A DNA stretch of 52,876 nucleotides, from assembly GCA_002633005.1 (NCBI GenBank), contig NMRA01001042.1:12177-65052 (forward strand), given 5' to 3'. Within the stretch, counting starts at the first letter, position 1. The number at the start of each line of letters is the position of its first letter. The translations under genes were made by a program, and so were the position numbers. Source of the stretch: Phoronis australis. Its lineage: Eukaryota; Animalia; Phoronida. A model generated the notes under the pieces. That model was not told where the DNA came from. It worked only from the letters and a program-made list of their open reading frames with translations, and searched no databases. This document shows, in pieces, positions 36,120 to 49,585 of the stretch.

Positions 36120-38290
36120 TCATATATTTATTATCATTGATAAACAAGTACACCAACAAAACGAACGAGAACATCAACATTCATTCACGTATGCACACCT
36201 CAGGAGAAACCATTCTCGTACCTCGTGTCTCGTAAGCAACATGGAGTTATTGTAAACAACAAAATTTTTCCCATTTCCCAGAGAAGCTGTCATACACAAA
36301 ATATTTATATGCAATTAATTTATATGTAACAAACTTGTGAATAATAGCTGACATCTTTCCTTGTAAATGTATTGTTTGGCTATTAATAGCAAAATGTTGA
36401 ACAGAAAATCGTGTGTCTTCAAGAATAACACGTTTGTAAGAGAGACAGTTGGGAAGCTAAATGAGATACTTTTGAAGTAGTTCTTTGAATTCCTTCCAAA
36501 AATCTTGAACAGGGCGACATTCCCAAAAAGGTGTGACAGCGTCTCTGGATCTTTAATACAAAAGAAACATAAATTTGGATCCCGAACTTGGAATTTGACT
36601 CAAAGTATTTGTTGCACTAATTCTGTGTAATATTCTAAATTGAAACAATCTAATGTTGGGGTCGGTTGTAACTTCATAAGGCAATGCGTACATTTTCTTC
36701 CAAACTACCTCCTAACTCTATTTCCCATTTACACTCTGACGTAGAAGGTCTTTTAATATAGAACAAATAAATCTAAAGGCATGCATGGGGAATAAATGTT
36801 AACACTTTTAAGTTTACTTTGAAGTAGACTTTTTGAAACCTTCTTACAATAGAAACAACGCCGTTATGTTCTAAAATATTAAGTTGGTTTACACATCGAA
36901 CCCGTTTATCATATGGTCTAACGAAATCGCCATCAGAGGTATAAATATTTCTGATAAATCTTTAGCCTTTTACAAACCAAGATTTTGAAAAACACTTCTG
37001 CCTCCGATCCCCAAGTTACTGTTAAACCACAAAGATTGATTCAAAAAGTCTTGTTTACTCGCAACGATTATTTTTTCATAGAAAGTTGTGAAACTTCCAA
37101 ATACGTCGCACCAGAAGCAATTATTAATTAGAGTCAACTTTGACTAATATAGTCTTCTCCTAATGAAGCAATAATTTTTAAGAACGGGTACAGTGGGTAG
37201 TAACTGACCACTTTTAGACGCGGGGCTTTCAAGATATCTACGGGCCATGGCGGGTTTTAAGATTTTGCTGAAAGTATGCATATTAATCATTTGAAGTCCC
37301 CCTCGATCTAGTCCTAAACAGGCCGTAGTTCGTTTAATTTTATCATTACGAGCCTACCATACAAATCTAAATCATATCGTATTCAATTCATCCAACACCT
37401 TTACTGTTGGATTTGATAAACTTGACAACAAAAAATAATTTTCGAAATAGCTAACGTTTTAATTACAGTTACTCTACCAAATGGCGTTAATTTTCGTCGA
37501 CTCCAATTTTTTAATAAAGACTGAATCTCACTCACTCTTCCAGTGAAGGTCTTATGCGACATACTATCCAACTTTGTGTCAAAATCCGCACCCAAAAACG
37601 ATTTTTTGTTCTGGACAGACTTTCTGTTATAAGAATCACGTCATCACTACCAGTTTTACTTGCAAACCATATGGCTTTTGTTTTATCCACATTCACTTGG
37701 AAACCTGAGACACCAGTACACAAATGTAGTACATTCAATGTGCTAGTCAATGACAAATTCGACCCATCCAAAGTAATTGATGTGTCGTCTGAATATTGCG
37801 AATTTAAATATTCCTTATTTCCCGCAACTACACTTGAAATATTTTTTATTAGTCTTGATTAAATACGCCAAAATCTCCTTGCACAATATATAAATGTAGG
37901 GAGACAGGGGGTCACTTAGTCTGCAACCACACGAAATATTTAACCAGGAAGATGGGTGACCATTTACGACAACACACGACTTCATATTACTATGAAAGAC
38001 TTTCACCCACCTTCTGATCGACCAACCAAAATTAAGGAAAGACAAAGTTTTTTTGTATAAAATTTCACGAAAATTAATCAAATACTATCGCAAAATCGAT
38101 TAGTAAGAACAAACCTGGTTTGTTAGCTAACTGCGCATAATACGGTAAATTTTACACGGATACTTTCGTTCATATTTTTTCCAGAAGCAAAATCTGTCTG
38201 GTCCTTAGCGATTAGTTTTCCCAAAACGGATTTTAACCGTTCAGCCACAGCCAAAGAAACCACTTTATATGTCATACCGAGTAAGGATAA
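36120..38290 (-). mobile_element. L1/Tx1-clade LINE relic (RT + C-terminal region), intronic, unit 1
   Basis: SCVVVNG..S....GCRLSDPLSPY (cf. GCRQGDPLSP), SQYSDDT, SGFQVNVDKT, WSRRKLTPFGRVTVIK; many disruptions. Confidence 0.85.
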
Positions 38291-39429
38291 ATTAAATATT
38301 GTGGTGTTTAAAAAGCGAGGAAGTGTAAAGAAAACTGAGAGGTGGACATAAAGGAGAAAGCAGATGAGGCCAGCAAGTGCTAAGTCGTAAATATTAAAAC
38401 ACGCTCTGCTTGACTGCTTGACTTATTTTTTTTTTGGATACAATGCACACCTAGATCATTACATTACTCTGGCAAATGCACTCTGATGACAAGCACACGC
38501 ACGCTTACTCTCACACACACGCATACAAACTTCAAAACAAACGTCACGTGACAACAACATGTGTTCCCACAGAGATTTTTCTCGGGTTGCGTGCTACAAT
38601 CTAGCGCCAGATTTGGACTTAATCTGCAGTTAATCCAGACTTCACAAGAACTTAAAAATCTTAGAGACGCTATTTGGAAAACTTGAGGAGGATTTCAGGT
38701 AATTTGTTGAGTCAAAGCTGTATTCTTATTTAAGAATTCAAGCCCTATCGACGATTGCGAGACCAGCAGCTACGCATTTGTCGGCAAGATTTCGCCATGG
38801 AACTTCAACAAAATTTTATGAAAAATGATCGTAATTTAACAACGAATTTTGATAGCAATGTACCACAATTTTGTAGAAAGTAAATAATAATAATCTGCAC
38901 GCTTTATCTTAGCGCGTAATGCATATAGTGTGCATACGTTAAGTGAGTCGACCCAGAACAGGTGATTGTGCAGAGGCATTATCCTCAAAATTGCTCATGT
39001 TGGCTTGGTTCTGGTCCAGCGAAAACAAGTTTTTTTTTCACTACCAACCGCCATGGAGTATTTGTTACTGTTTCTTTGAAGGGAGATATTGTTGGGCAGT
39101 TTCTAAGATACGTTTTCTTGCCGCCCTCAAAATGAGCGCTGCACACTTTATGCTACGAAGTCGGAAAGAATTCACGAAGTCGGCCTTTGCTACCAGCTCT
39201 ACCGATGTCTCTGACCCATGTTTAACGCAGTTCTTGATCCTTGGGAAACAGGTAGTAACTAAATTTTTTATTTCGCTAACTGGTATTATAGCATGCCAGG
39301 CACACAACACGTATAACCTCCCTGTGGCCGGTTCGCCCCCACGCTTGCCGACGTACTTGTTTACCAGCTTAACCACAATGCAACATTCTGACCCATTTCC
39401 AATATGGCGGCGTTGCAACTCCGCTATTG

Positions 39430-40462
39430 AAAGTAGCAAGTTATACAAATATCTTTGGTGTGTATTCTTATGTAGACTGAATAGGTCATGATGCCGTAAC
39501 ACTATAGCCCAGCAAGGAAATGAAGCTCTGAATATTATTAAGCACTCTCAGTGTAATATAAGCTCAATTCGTAATGCCAAAATAGCCTTCAACCTTTTTG
39601 GTTCTGTGATATTCCCAATACATTTTTATGGTGCTGAATTATGGGTAACATGCCATAGGAAGGAAAGAGCAAATGCACAAAATACGTTCTATGAGTGGCT
39701 TTTGATTTTTGGTAGTGAAACAAGCAGTGTTGTAACTCGAGGTGAACGGGGGTGGAGTGTTATACATATGTAAGCCTTCTAAATATTTATTGAAGTTATT
39801 CAAAATGGGTAGTAATACATTGCCAAAGCAATGCTGGTAAGGATGCAATTGGGCAGGAAAACTGGTGGAGAGTGAAAAAGATATTATTTACCACAGGCTT
39901 TGGATATGTATGGCTATTCCAGCAAGTTGGTGATGAGCTGATATTTGTATGTATGAATTCAGGTAAAGATTGAGCGATGTAAATGTTCTAAAATGGTTGC
40001 AAGCTATTGGAAGCATGGCGAAGTGTAATTTCTATTGTGCAATCAAGTCAGAGTTGGTTTGTGAGAAATACTTGTTCTGAAATTGGTCAAAAGGTCAAAT
40101 TTTGCTATAGCGAACATAAGGTGTTCAACCCATCAACTTAATATAGAGCTGGACAGAAGAAATGGCATCCCCCATGATCAAAGATTGTATTCTGTTTGTA
40201 ACAAAGGAGAAATAGGAATAGAGAGTTACTTTTGTTTCGATGTCCAGTTTTAGCAAATCTGAGATGTAGTTACTTGAGACATAGTTCTATTGCAAGTGAC
40301 GATATACAACATCTGAATAACCTGGAGAACTTTATTATCAAATCATACGAAATGAAAAACGATGAGTCTGTAAGTATCTGTGGACATATCTACCATGTAA
40401 AATAATGTCGTCGTACAAATATCTCGTGAACCAAAGCCTTTGAAGAAATAAAAGTATTCTAA
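39430..40462 (+). mobile_element. 5'-truncated LINE relic (RTE-X-like 3' end), unit 1
   Basis: YKYL, LF.SVI.PI..YGAE.W, CEKYL, RCSTHQLNIE..R, decayed Cys finger, AATAAA followed by GTATTCT. Confidence 0.65.
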
Positions 40463-40644
40463 TACTATGATTTTCCCAAATGACCTAGCACTGTAATAAG
40501 TGAACGAAAACTACGTTTCACAGCGCCACTGGCTTTCTTCCAAAATCTTGTTTACGAGAGGATCACTTGAAGTATTGGTGTTAGCTCTGATCTGAGTAAT
40601 AATATCTCAATCACTACGAGTCAGCAGTAGCAAATTTATTCCAG

Positions 40645-40878
40645 TTCTTAGCAAAGGGGGCCAGAATACTGAGTCGGCTGCGAGGAATCTCGAGAGTAAA
40701 GGTGCCACGATATACGTTGTAATACCATCATCACTGAGTCATACGAGCTCAGCTTATGTGGAATTGTCATCAGTGGCCACAGATCCCGACTCCAAACATC
40801 TCATGGAGGTCAACAGTTACGCGGATCTATCCACCCTCGACATAGGCCCACTAACACCAGCCAGTTGCTCATCAACAG
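40645..40878 (+). CDS. vWA domain type A, C-terminal exon (unit 1)
   Basis: ttccag/gtattt, 234 bp open, phase 1-1; VLSKGGQNTESAARNLESKGATIYVV...ELSSVATDPDSKHLMEVNSYADL...C (absent from the ORF track). Confidence 0.85.
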
Positions 40879-41891
40879 GTATTTATTAATTAATCAAATT
40901 GATTTATTGATATTGATAAGACTGAAACATTAATCATCTCAACAAGACTACTTTTAAGTGCGCTTGCTATAATGATAAAAACGGTTGGTGAAACCAAAAG
41001 CAATCTTCAGATTCTTGGTGGCGACAGAAAAAATTGATACTTAGCATGCCAAGCAATTTGTACAATGTTCTGCAACAACTACGTTTCTCGACAATTTGAA
41101 GAAATGTATATTTATTTACACACAAACAACAGTGAACGGTATGTTTACCCGGGGATCGCCATTTGGCATTATATAAAGACAGAAAAGAAAATATTGTATG
41201 CACACAAAATTGTAAATAGACTGCACCGTTGTGTATTGAACACATTATGNCTTCCGCCCCGAGATCTACATCAGTTTTAGACCCCTCCATCTCCAGTAGA
41301 CACCCGTTTTACCTCCACTCCCTGCCGACGGCACTAATACCCTCCCCTCTTTGGTCACTTTAGCAGATTAGTAGCAATGGAAACTTTGGGGAGCTGGGAA
41401 CAAATTAATGCAATTTCTCCAAACTTTTGCCCAAGGTCAGTGCATCAAAGTTCCCTGATGCATCATAAATTTAACGCGATTAGTGTAAAATAGTCTATGA
41501 ACCGTTGGACATTCCTAGATACATAAATATGCAAATCAGAACCCGTGCTGGGAATAACTTTGGTCATCACATGGCAACAAAGTATGAAAGCTAAAGGTGC
41601 ACAAATTCTGAGTTGATTACCGGTTGTTAAGTGGCAAACCTTTTTTTGAGACCCGTAATTTGCCGCTGGAATTTTTGGACAATTCACAAAGAGTTGCTAT
41701 CAGATATATGTATATGACGGGCAACCGGGAGAGCATGGGAGACCGTGCATCCCACGGAGGGTTGGGCGCCCTCCCCTAAAAAGTCTTACAGTTTAATTTG
41801 CAATCTAAAATCATAGAAATATTATGATTTCCAGTACTTTGAGCATTTCAAAGATGCATTCTAACAATGCCGTTTCATCACTGTTTTGCAG

Positions 41892-42353
41892 TGTTAAGTA
41901 AAGGTGGGCAAAACACTGAAGCAGCAGCGAGAAACATTGAGAAGGAAGGTGCAATGAATTACGTAATCATCCCTGCATCACTTGACCACTCCAGCAATGC
42001 ATACGTGGAATTATCGTCTGTTGCCACCGACCCGGACTCAAAAACACTTACCGAAGCTACAAGTTACTCTGCGCTGAGCTTGTCGCACGTGCAAACGCTT
42101 GTGTCAAATGCATGTCCACAGGTAACGACAACCACTGCCCAAGCGCCAACAACGAGCACTGAAGCACCAACAACGACGACGGAAACGCGAACGACGACTA
42201 CGGAAGCACCAAAAACGACAGCACAAGCGCTAGATACGACTACACAGGTGCCAATCACAACTACACAGGTGGCAACCACGACTACACCGACGCCAACAAC
42301 GATTGCACAAGGGCCAACAACGACCACACAAGCGCCAACCACGACTACAAATT
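41892..42353 (+). CDS. vWA type B C-terminal half fused to Thr-rich mucin-like repeat (unit 1)
   Basis: ttgcag/gtaaat, 462 bp, phase 1-1; AARNIEKEG...ELSSVATDPD...C then ~11 heptads such as TTTTQAP. Confidence 0.88.
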
Positions 42354-42694
42354 GTAAATATATACACTGATGTTGGTCAATAGTGAATCAAATAAACAAA
42401 TAAACGGAGAAAAATCAGGAACCCCAACTGGGGATCCTGTGCAAAAGGCGAAGTGCCGATCATGGAACGGACGACATAACAGTTGGCTGCAAACAGCAAT
42501 TGCACAGATATAGAGTCCTCAGTAGCTCAGTCTTAAGAACATTAAAAATCAATAGCACCCAGAATTTATTGAGCAAGATGAGTCCCTTCCACTCAATTGC
42601 TCGTTTGTAAAAGCTCCATGACTTAAAAAGCAACTGTAGAATGCACAGAGCTTATTTCTGATTTATTTAATAACGTGAAACGTTTTACTTTAAG

Positions 42695-43024
42695 TTGCTT
42701 CTTGTGGGACGGATGGCGTTCTACTGTTGGATACGTCGCAAACCGTTTCTACCAACGACTTCCAGAAGCTTCAAGACTTCGCTAAACGAATCACCAGCAG
42801 TTGGGATTTCGCATCCTCAACCTTGACCTTAATCAACTTCGGGAAGCAAAATGAAGAAGTCATAAGCTTTTCGTCGAGTCAAACTGACGTGGATGCCGCC
42901 ATTGACGGTATGAGCCGTAAGGGCGGCGAAGCCTATACTCATCAGGCACTGAACTCCGCCAAACATTTGCTCACGACGAACGCGAGGGCCAGCACCAAGT
43001 GGGTGGTCATACTCCTAAGCGCCG
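42695..43024 (+). CDS. vWA domain type A, N-terminal exon (unit 2)
   Basis: About 5 substitutions vs 34643-34972; same splice sites. Confidence 0.88.
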
Positions 43025-44147
43025 GTGAGCTTCACGTAATTTTGTTTTAGATGTACTTTATAAAGATATCAATTTATGCTCACCTCCCTAGCAATTGTAT
43101 TTTCTCGTGATACAAGAAATGTTTTCAGTACAACAAAAATAGTACCTGATAGTTTATGCAGTTGCCACACAAAAACGTAGCACTTTAAACGAGACACAAG
43201 TTTCGAGCGACACTTTTGCGACATTTTGTGTGAATCTCCAAACTCGGACTCGACTGTATTTTTGACATTTTCCGCCCTTGTTTGGGTACAAATTCAAGGT
43301 AATTAAAAGTTCAATTTTGTATGCTCGAGCATTTCAATGTTTACGCAGACGTGATTTGCGCTTCATGACCTCTAGATACGAGCTACAAACTTGAGTTCAA
43401 GTTCGATATTTCCAGTTTAGATTCTTAACAAATGATTTTGAAGATGGAGTCATCAAGTGCGTACTAGAATTAGATTTTCATTCAAGAAAACCATGTTTTT
43501 CTTGAGCAAAGAACATTTAGTGCTTAGGTCAATTTTAAGAGAACACTTTAAAATAGACCAGAAATGTGAGAAATAACTTTGAGTTGAAGCTCGAAGGTCA
43601 GACCTTGGAGCCTGGTGTCGTGCATCTAGTGCAAAATGATTACTATGTTTGGTGTTCACATTTTTCGTTGTAAAAAGCACACGTTTCGCAACAGTTTCTC
43701 GCAGCAGCCATTTAGGTAATTTTATTAGTGTATAGTATCTTTTTAAATTATGCGTTCTTACGGAAAGGGTTTGTATTATGTGTGTGCGTGTAGTACAAAC
43801 CGTGGACATTGTGATGTTTAAGTTACTGCCTCCCTGCTGGATCCTCGCTTCTTCTTGTTTAATTTGCTTGATACAAACAGACGAAGGATTCCGTTGACAC
43901 GGAGTAGACCAGTTGAATTAATTCCTTTTATAACAATTATTGTTTTTATTATTATCACAATTATCAATAATAATAACAACAAAACATAAATAATAACAAA
44001 AATAACAATAATAATAATGATAATGATAATAACAATCATTCATTATCATGTTCGTCATCATTATTATTATTACCACCACTATTAAAACTACTATTACAAA
44101 TGGAAAATGTCAGTAAATGTTTAGAAATCAAATGCTGTTTTTTCATA

Positions 44148-46345
44148 TATTTATTATCCTTGATAAACAAGTACACTAACAAAACAAACAAGAACATCAA
44201 CATTCATTCTCGTATGCACTCCTCAAGAGAAACCATTCTCGTACCTCGTGTCACATAAGCAACATGGAGTTATTGTAAACAACAAATTTTTCCCCATTTC
44301 CCAGAGAAGCTGTCATACACAAAATATTTATATGCAATTAATTTTCAGCATTATAATACTCATATGTATATGTAACAAACTTGTGAATAATAGCTGACAT
44401 CTTTCCTTGTAAATGTACTGTTTGGCTATTAATAGCAAAATGTTGAATAGAAAATCGTGTGTCTCATGAAGTTCAAGAATAACACGTTTGTAAGAGAGAC
44501 AGTTGGGAAGCTAAATGAAATACTTTTGAAGTAGTTCTTTGAATTCCTTCCAAAAATCTTGAACAGGGCCACATTCCCAAAAAGGTGTGACAGTGTCTCT
44601 GGAGCTTTGATACAAAAGGGACATAAATTAGTATCCCGGAATTTGACTAAAAGTATTTGTTGCAATAGTGCTGTGTAATATTCTAAATTGAAACAATCTA
44701 ATGTTGGGGTCGGTTGTAATTTCATAAGGCAATGCGTACATTTTCTTCCAAACTACCTCCCAACTCTATTTCCCATTTACTCTCTGACGTAGAAGGTCAC
44801 TCTCTTAATATTAAACAAATATATCTAAAGACAAGCAAGGGGAATAAATGTTAACACTTTTATGTTTACTTTGAAGTAGACTTTTTTGAAAACTTCTTAC
44901 AATAGAAACGACGCCATTATGTTCTAAAATATTAAGTCGGTTTACACATCGAACCCGTTTATCATATGGTCTAACGAAATCGCCATCAGAGGAATAAGCA
45001 TTTCAGATAAATCTTTAGCCTTTTGCAAACCAAGATTTTGAAAAACACTTGTGCCTCCGATCCCCAAAATACTATTAAACTACAAAGATTGATTCAAAAA
45101 GTCTTGTTTACTCGCAACGATTATTTTTTCATAGAAAGCTGTCAAACTTCCAAATACGTCGCTCCAGAAGCAATTATTAATTAGAGTCAACTTTGACTAA
45201 TAGAGTCTTCTCCTAATGAAGCAAAATTTTTTAAGAACGTGTACAGTGGGTAGTAACTGACCACTTTGAGACGCGGGGCTTTCAAGATATCTACGGGCCA
45301 TGGCGGGTTTTAAGATTTTGCTGAAAGTTTGCATATTAATCATTTGAAGTCCCCCTCGAACTAGTCCTAATCAGGCCGTAGTTCGTTTAATTTTATCATT
45401 ACGAGCCTACCATACAAATATAAAGCATATCGTATTCAATTCATCCAACACCTTTACTGTTGGATTTGATAAACTTGACAACAAAAAATTAATTTTCGAA
45501 GTAACTAACGTTTTAATTACAGTTACTCTACCAAATGGCGTTAATTTTCGTCGACTCCTATTTTTTAATATAGACTGAATCTCACTCACTCTTGCAGTGA
45601 AGGTCTTATGCGTCATACTATCCAAATTAGTGTCAAAATCCGCACCCAAAAACGATTTTTTTTTGTCCTAGACAGACTTTCTGTTGTAAGAATCACGTCA
45701 TCACTACCAAATTTACTTCCAAACCATATGGCTTTTGTTTTATCCACATTCACTTGGAAACCGGAGACATCAGTACACAAATGTAGTACATTCAATGTGC
45801 TAGTGAATGACAAATTCGACCCATCTAAAGTAATTGATGTGTCGTCCGAATATTGCGAATTTAAATATTCCTTATTTCCCGCAACTACACTTGAAATATT
45901 TTTTCATTGTTCTTGATTAAATACGCCAAAATCTTCGTGCACAATATATAATTGTTGGGAGACAGGGGGGTCACCTAGTCTGCAACCACACGAAATATTT
46001 AACCAGGATGATGGGTGACCATTTACGACAACACACGACTTAATATTACTATGAAAGACTTTCACCCACCTTCTGATCGACCAACCAAAATTAAGGAAAG
46101 ACAAAGTTTTTTGTATAAAATTTCACAAAAATTAATCAAATACTATCGCAAAATCGATCAGTAAGAACAATCCTGGTTTGTTAGCTAATTGCGCATGAAA
46201 CGGTAAATCTTACTCGGATATTTTCGTTCATATTTTTTCCAGAAGCAAAATCTGTCTGATCCTTACCGATTAGTTTTCCCAAAACGGATTTTAACCGTTC
46301 AGCCACTGCCAAAGAAACCACTTTATATGTCATACCGAGTAAGGA
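44148..46345 (-). mobile_element. L1/Tx1-clade LINE relic, unit 2 copy
   Basis: Paralog of 36120-38290; GCRLGDP, CPFC...ETLSHLF zinc-knuckle remnant. Confidence 0.85.
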
Positions 46346-46801
46346 TAAATTAAATATTGTGGTGTTTAAAAAGCGAGGAAGTGTAAAGAAAACTGAGAGG
46401 TGGACATAAAGGAGAACTCAATTGAGAGTAGCAAGTTATACAAATATCTTGGGTGTGTATTCTTATGTAGACTGAATTGATCAAGATGCCGTAACACTAT
46501 AGCCCAGCAAGGAAATGAAGCTCTGAATATTATTAAAGGCGAAGGCAACCTTTTTCCATGTCATTTTGAGCTAAAATAAGGTTGGTTGGTTATCCTAGAC
46601 ATATTTTTCACTTAATTACAGCTTTTCGTAATTTTATTAATTATTCGTCCGCTTTTCCGGAAGTGACGTTTTAGGAGGCAAGCGCTTCCCGCCAATTTCT
46701 TTTCACATAGTCTGACTGTGAGAGCTGCCGAGTCAGTCATGGTTCTACCTCGGTTGTGTTAAGTTCCGTCGTCGTTCGCTTTCATTTACTAGTCAGTCAA
46801 C

Positions 46802-47873
46802 ATGCCACACTGTTGCTGTGTACCGGGATGTAGTAATTATCGGCTCACGCGCGCTTTGGGAGTGTCTTTGCATCGCTTTCCGATGGATGACACACTTCGC
46901 CGTACTTGGCTCGTTCGTGTGAAGAACGCAGCGTTACCCGTCCACGCAACGTACAAAGCAGTGGAGAATTACCGTGTGTGTGGCAAGCACTTTCTGCCGT
47001 CCGATTACGAAAGGGATTTGTACGCTGAACTGATGAAGGTCCCCGCGAAACAACGCTTGAAGAAGGATGCCATTCCGTCTGTGTTGATTCCCGGCAGTGC
47101 CCCGTCGCCACCCCCGAGAAGTGCGTTTTTGAAGCGAGAAGCCTCGCGAGCTGTGGCCAGTACAGTGACTGGAGCCAGTGGAGGCACTTCATCTACTGTC
47201 ACCCGTGCCTCCGAACGTACCCCAGAGCGTGCAATTCCTGGAACCAGTAGTGATTCGCCCTGTGCTGTTTTCTCCAGCCCAGAGCCTCTAAGCAGCCCTG
47301 CAGCGATATTGAGTAGTGGGAGTGATTACAGGCCCAGTTCGACACCCAGTGAAGAGGACAGTTCGTCGTCCAGTGAACAGATCGGTGAGCCAAACTTTGA
47401 TAAGTTTATTGTGGACTTGTCTAAAGTGTTGGAGCTATTTAGAAGGTGCCAGGTGTGTGGCGAGGGAGTCACACGACACAATGTAAGCAGTTTGGGTGCT
47501 CAGGTCACCATCCAGTGGGAGTGTGTCACGGGACACTCTGGCAAGTGGGACAGTTGTTCCTCTGTCCGTGGTATGCCGGAGGTCCACTTAACCATGTCCA
47601 GTGGTGTGCTCTTCACTGGAAACACGTTTCAGTCGGTGAAGACAATGATGGACTTTGGAAAAGTCAAGTTTTTTTTCGAAAACAACATTCAACAACATTC
47701 AGAATTCCTATTTAATACCAGTTGTCAATGACGCATACATGTCACAACATCTCGAGTTGGTGGCGGAATTCATGGAGAAGGAGAACTTGTCTGACTCACC
47801 AGGGCGGTCCGCCAAGTATACCACATACACTCTAATGGAGGAAGAGACCAAAAAGATAATTGATGTGGAACTC
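46802..47873 (+). pseudogene. Kolobok THAP-transposase, frameshifted (T8 at 47669-76) and 3'-truncated
   Basis: THAP (CCVPGC...VCGKHF...DAIPSV), Ser/Pro linker, CxxC...CxxGH finger, continuing in another frame to DSPGRSAKYTTYTLME...KIID. Confidence 0.85.
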
Positions 47874-48143
47874 GGAACAGCACAAGCATTCAATTGAGGT
47901 AGGCATAACAACGCACACAGTGCATTTGCACCAAGATGTGTCACCACGTCTGTCTTCAGTAGCCGCCTCGTTTCTCTCAACAGCTGCCTGTGCCTGTGTG
48001 TACTCTGCCTCGTTGTACTCGGGCTCAAACATGTACCCACCCACTGAATGTCCGTGAAAAAATTCCTCGTCACCACTGCTGTGAACAAGGTCTCCGTCAC
48101 TCACACTACTGTCACTGTGATACGGGTCACCGACTCCAGCCAT
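47868..48143 (-). pseudogene. KolX-like accessory protein N-terminus (P2X7 ballast-like Cys cluster), truncated
   Basis: Acidic N-terminus, YMFEPE, RRGDTSWCKCTVCVVMPTSIECLCCSE; convergent with the transposase. Confidence 0.75.
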
Positions 48144-48477
48144 TTTCAGCTTACAACACACTAAACAATCCCTAAATCCAACGCAGTTGAGTTCTCTACT
48201 AACCTATCTTGCCGCAGAATACTCGCCGATGGAAAGTGGTGGCGACAATTGGTGAAAAATAGCACAAAACAAAAGTAGAATAGAACAGATTCGCACAGTA
48301 AGCTCAACGCAAAACCAAGTGGCGGGAAGCGCTTGCCTCCTAAAACGTCACTTCCGGAAAAGCGGACGAGTAATTAATAAAATTACGAAAAGCTGTAATT
48401 AAGTGAAAAATATGTCTAGGATAACCAACCAACCTTATTTTAGCTCAAAATGACATGGAAAAAGGTTGCCTTCGCCT

Positions 48478-49403
48478 TTAAGCACTCTCAGTGTAATATA
48501 AGCTCAATTCGTAATGCCAAAATAGCCTTCAACCTTTTTGATTCTGTGATATCCCCAATACATTTTTATGGTGCTGAAATATGGGTAACATGCCATGGAA
48601 GGAAAGAGAAAATGTACAAAATACGTTCTGTGAGTGGCTTTTGATTTCTGGTAGTGAAACAAGCAGTCTTGTAACTCGAGGTGAATGTGGGTGGAGTGTT
48701 ATACTTATGTATGCCTTCTAAATATTTATTGAAGTTATTCAAAATGGGTAGTAATACATTGCCAAAGCAATGCTGGTAACAATGCAATTGGGCAGGAAAA
48801 CTGGTGTAAAGTGAAAAAGCTATTATTTACCACAGGCTTTGGATATGTATGGCTATTCCAGCAAGTTGGTGATGAGCTGATATTTGTATGTATGAATTCA
48901 AGTAAAGATTGAGCGATGTAAATGTTCTAAAATGGTTGCAAGCTATTGGAAGCATGGCGAAGTGTAATTTCTATTGTGCAATCAAGTCAGAGTTGGTTTG
49001 TGAGAAATACTTGTTCGGAAATTGGTCAAAAGGTCAAATTTTGCTATAGCGAACATAAGGTGTTCAACCCATCAACTTAATATAGAGCTGAACAGAAGAA
49101 ATGGCATCCCCCATGATCAAAGATTGTATTCTGTTTGTAACAAAGGAGAAATAGGAATAGAAAGTTACTCTTGTTTCGATGTCCAGTTTTAGCAAAATCT
49201 GAGATGTAGTTACTTGAGACATAGATCTATTACTAGTGACGATATACAACATCTGAATAACCTGGAGATACTTTATTATCAAATCATACGAAATAAAAAA
49301 CGATGAGTCTTTAAGTATCTGTGGACAAATCTACCATGTAAAATATTGTCATCGTACAAATGTCTCGTGAACCAAAGCCTTTGAAAAAATAAAGGTATTC
49401 TAT
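48478..49403 (+). mobile_element. RTE-X-like LINE relic, unit 2 copy (its 5' part 46425-46536 lies left of the Kolobok insertion)
   Basis: Paralog of 39538-40462; LFDSVISPIHFYGAEIW. Confidence 0.65.
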
Positions 49404-49585
49404 TACTATGATTTTCCCAAATGACCTAGCACTGTAATAAGTGAACAAAAACTACGTTTCACAGCGCCACTGGCTTTCTTCCAAAATCTTGTTTACGAGA
49501 GGATCACTTGAAGTATTGGTGTTAGCTCTGATCTGAGTAATAATATCTCAATCACTACGAGTCAGCAGTAGCAAATTTATTCCAG

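Larger units (their letters stand above)
34293..42348 (+). repeat. Tandem gene cassette, unit 1 (incomplete at the N at 41250)
   Basis: Colinear homology, exons and introns alike, with 42349-52876. Confidence 0.9.
46537..48477 (+). mobile_element. Kolobok DNA transposon copy 2, internally deleted, 1941 bp
   Basis: 158-bp TIRs (46537-46694, 48320-48477; 1 mismatch), AG...CT termini, TTAA TSD (46533-36, 48478-81), empty site at 39538-41, THAP transposase plus convergent Cys-rich ORF. Confidence 0.92.

Noticed and set aside
35951-36235. Poly-Ile hydrophobic ORF (also 35716, 43818, 3155)
   Set aside because: Translation of AAT microsatellites
42064-42342. Val-rich minus-strand ORFs (also 52508-52870)
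   Set aside because: Antisense shadow of the Thr-rich repeat exon
46537-48477. piggyBac or P element (TTAA target, THAP domain)
   Set aside because: Termini are AG...CT rather than CCC...GGG or CA...TG; TTAA TSD with THAP, DSPG.SAKY and a convergent Cys-rich ORF fits Kolobok
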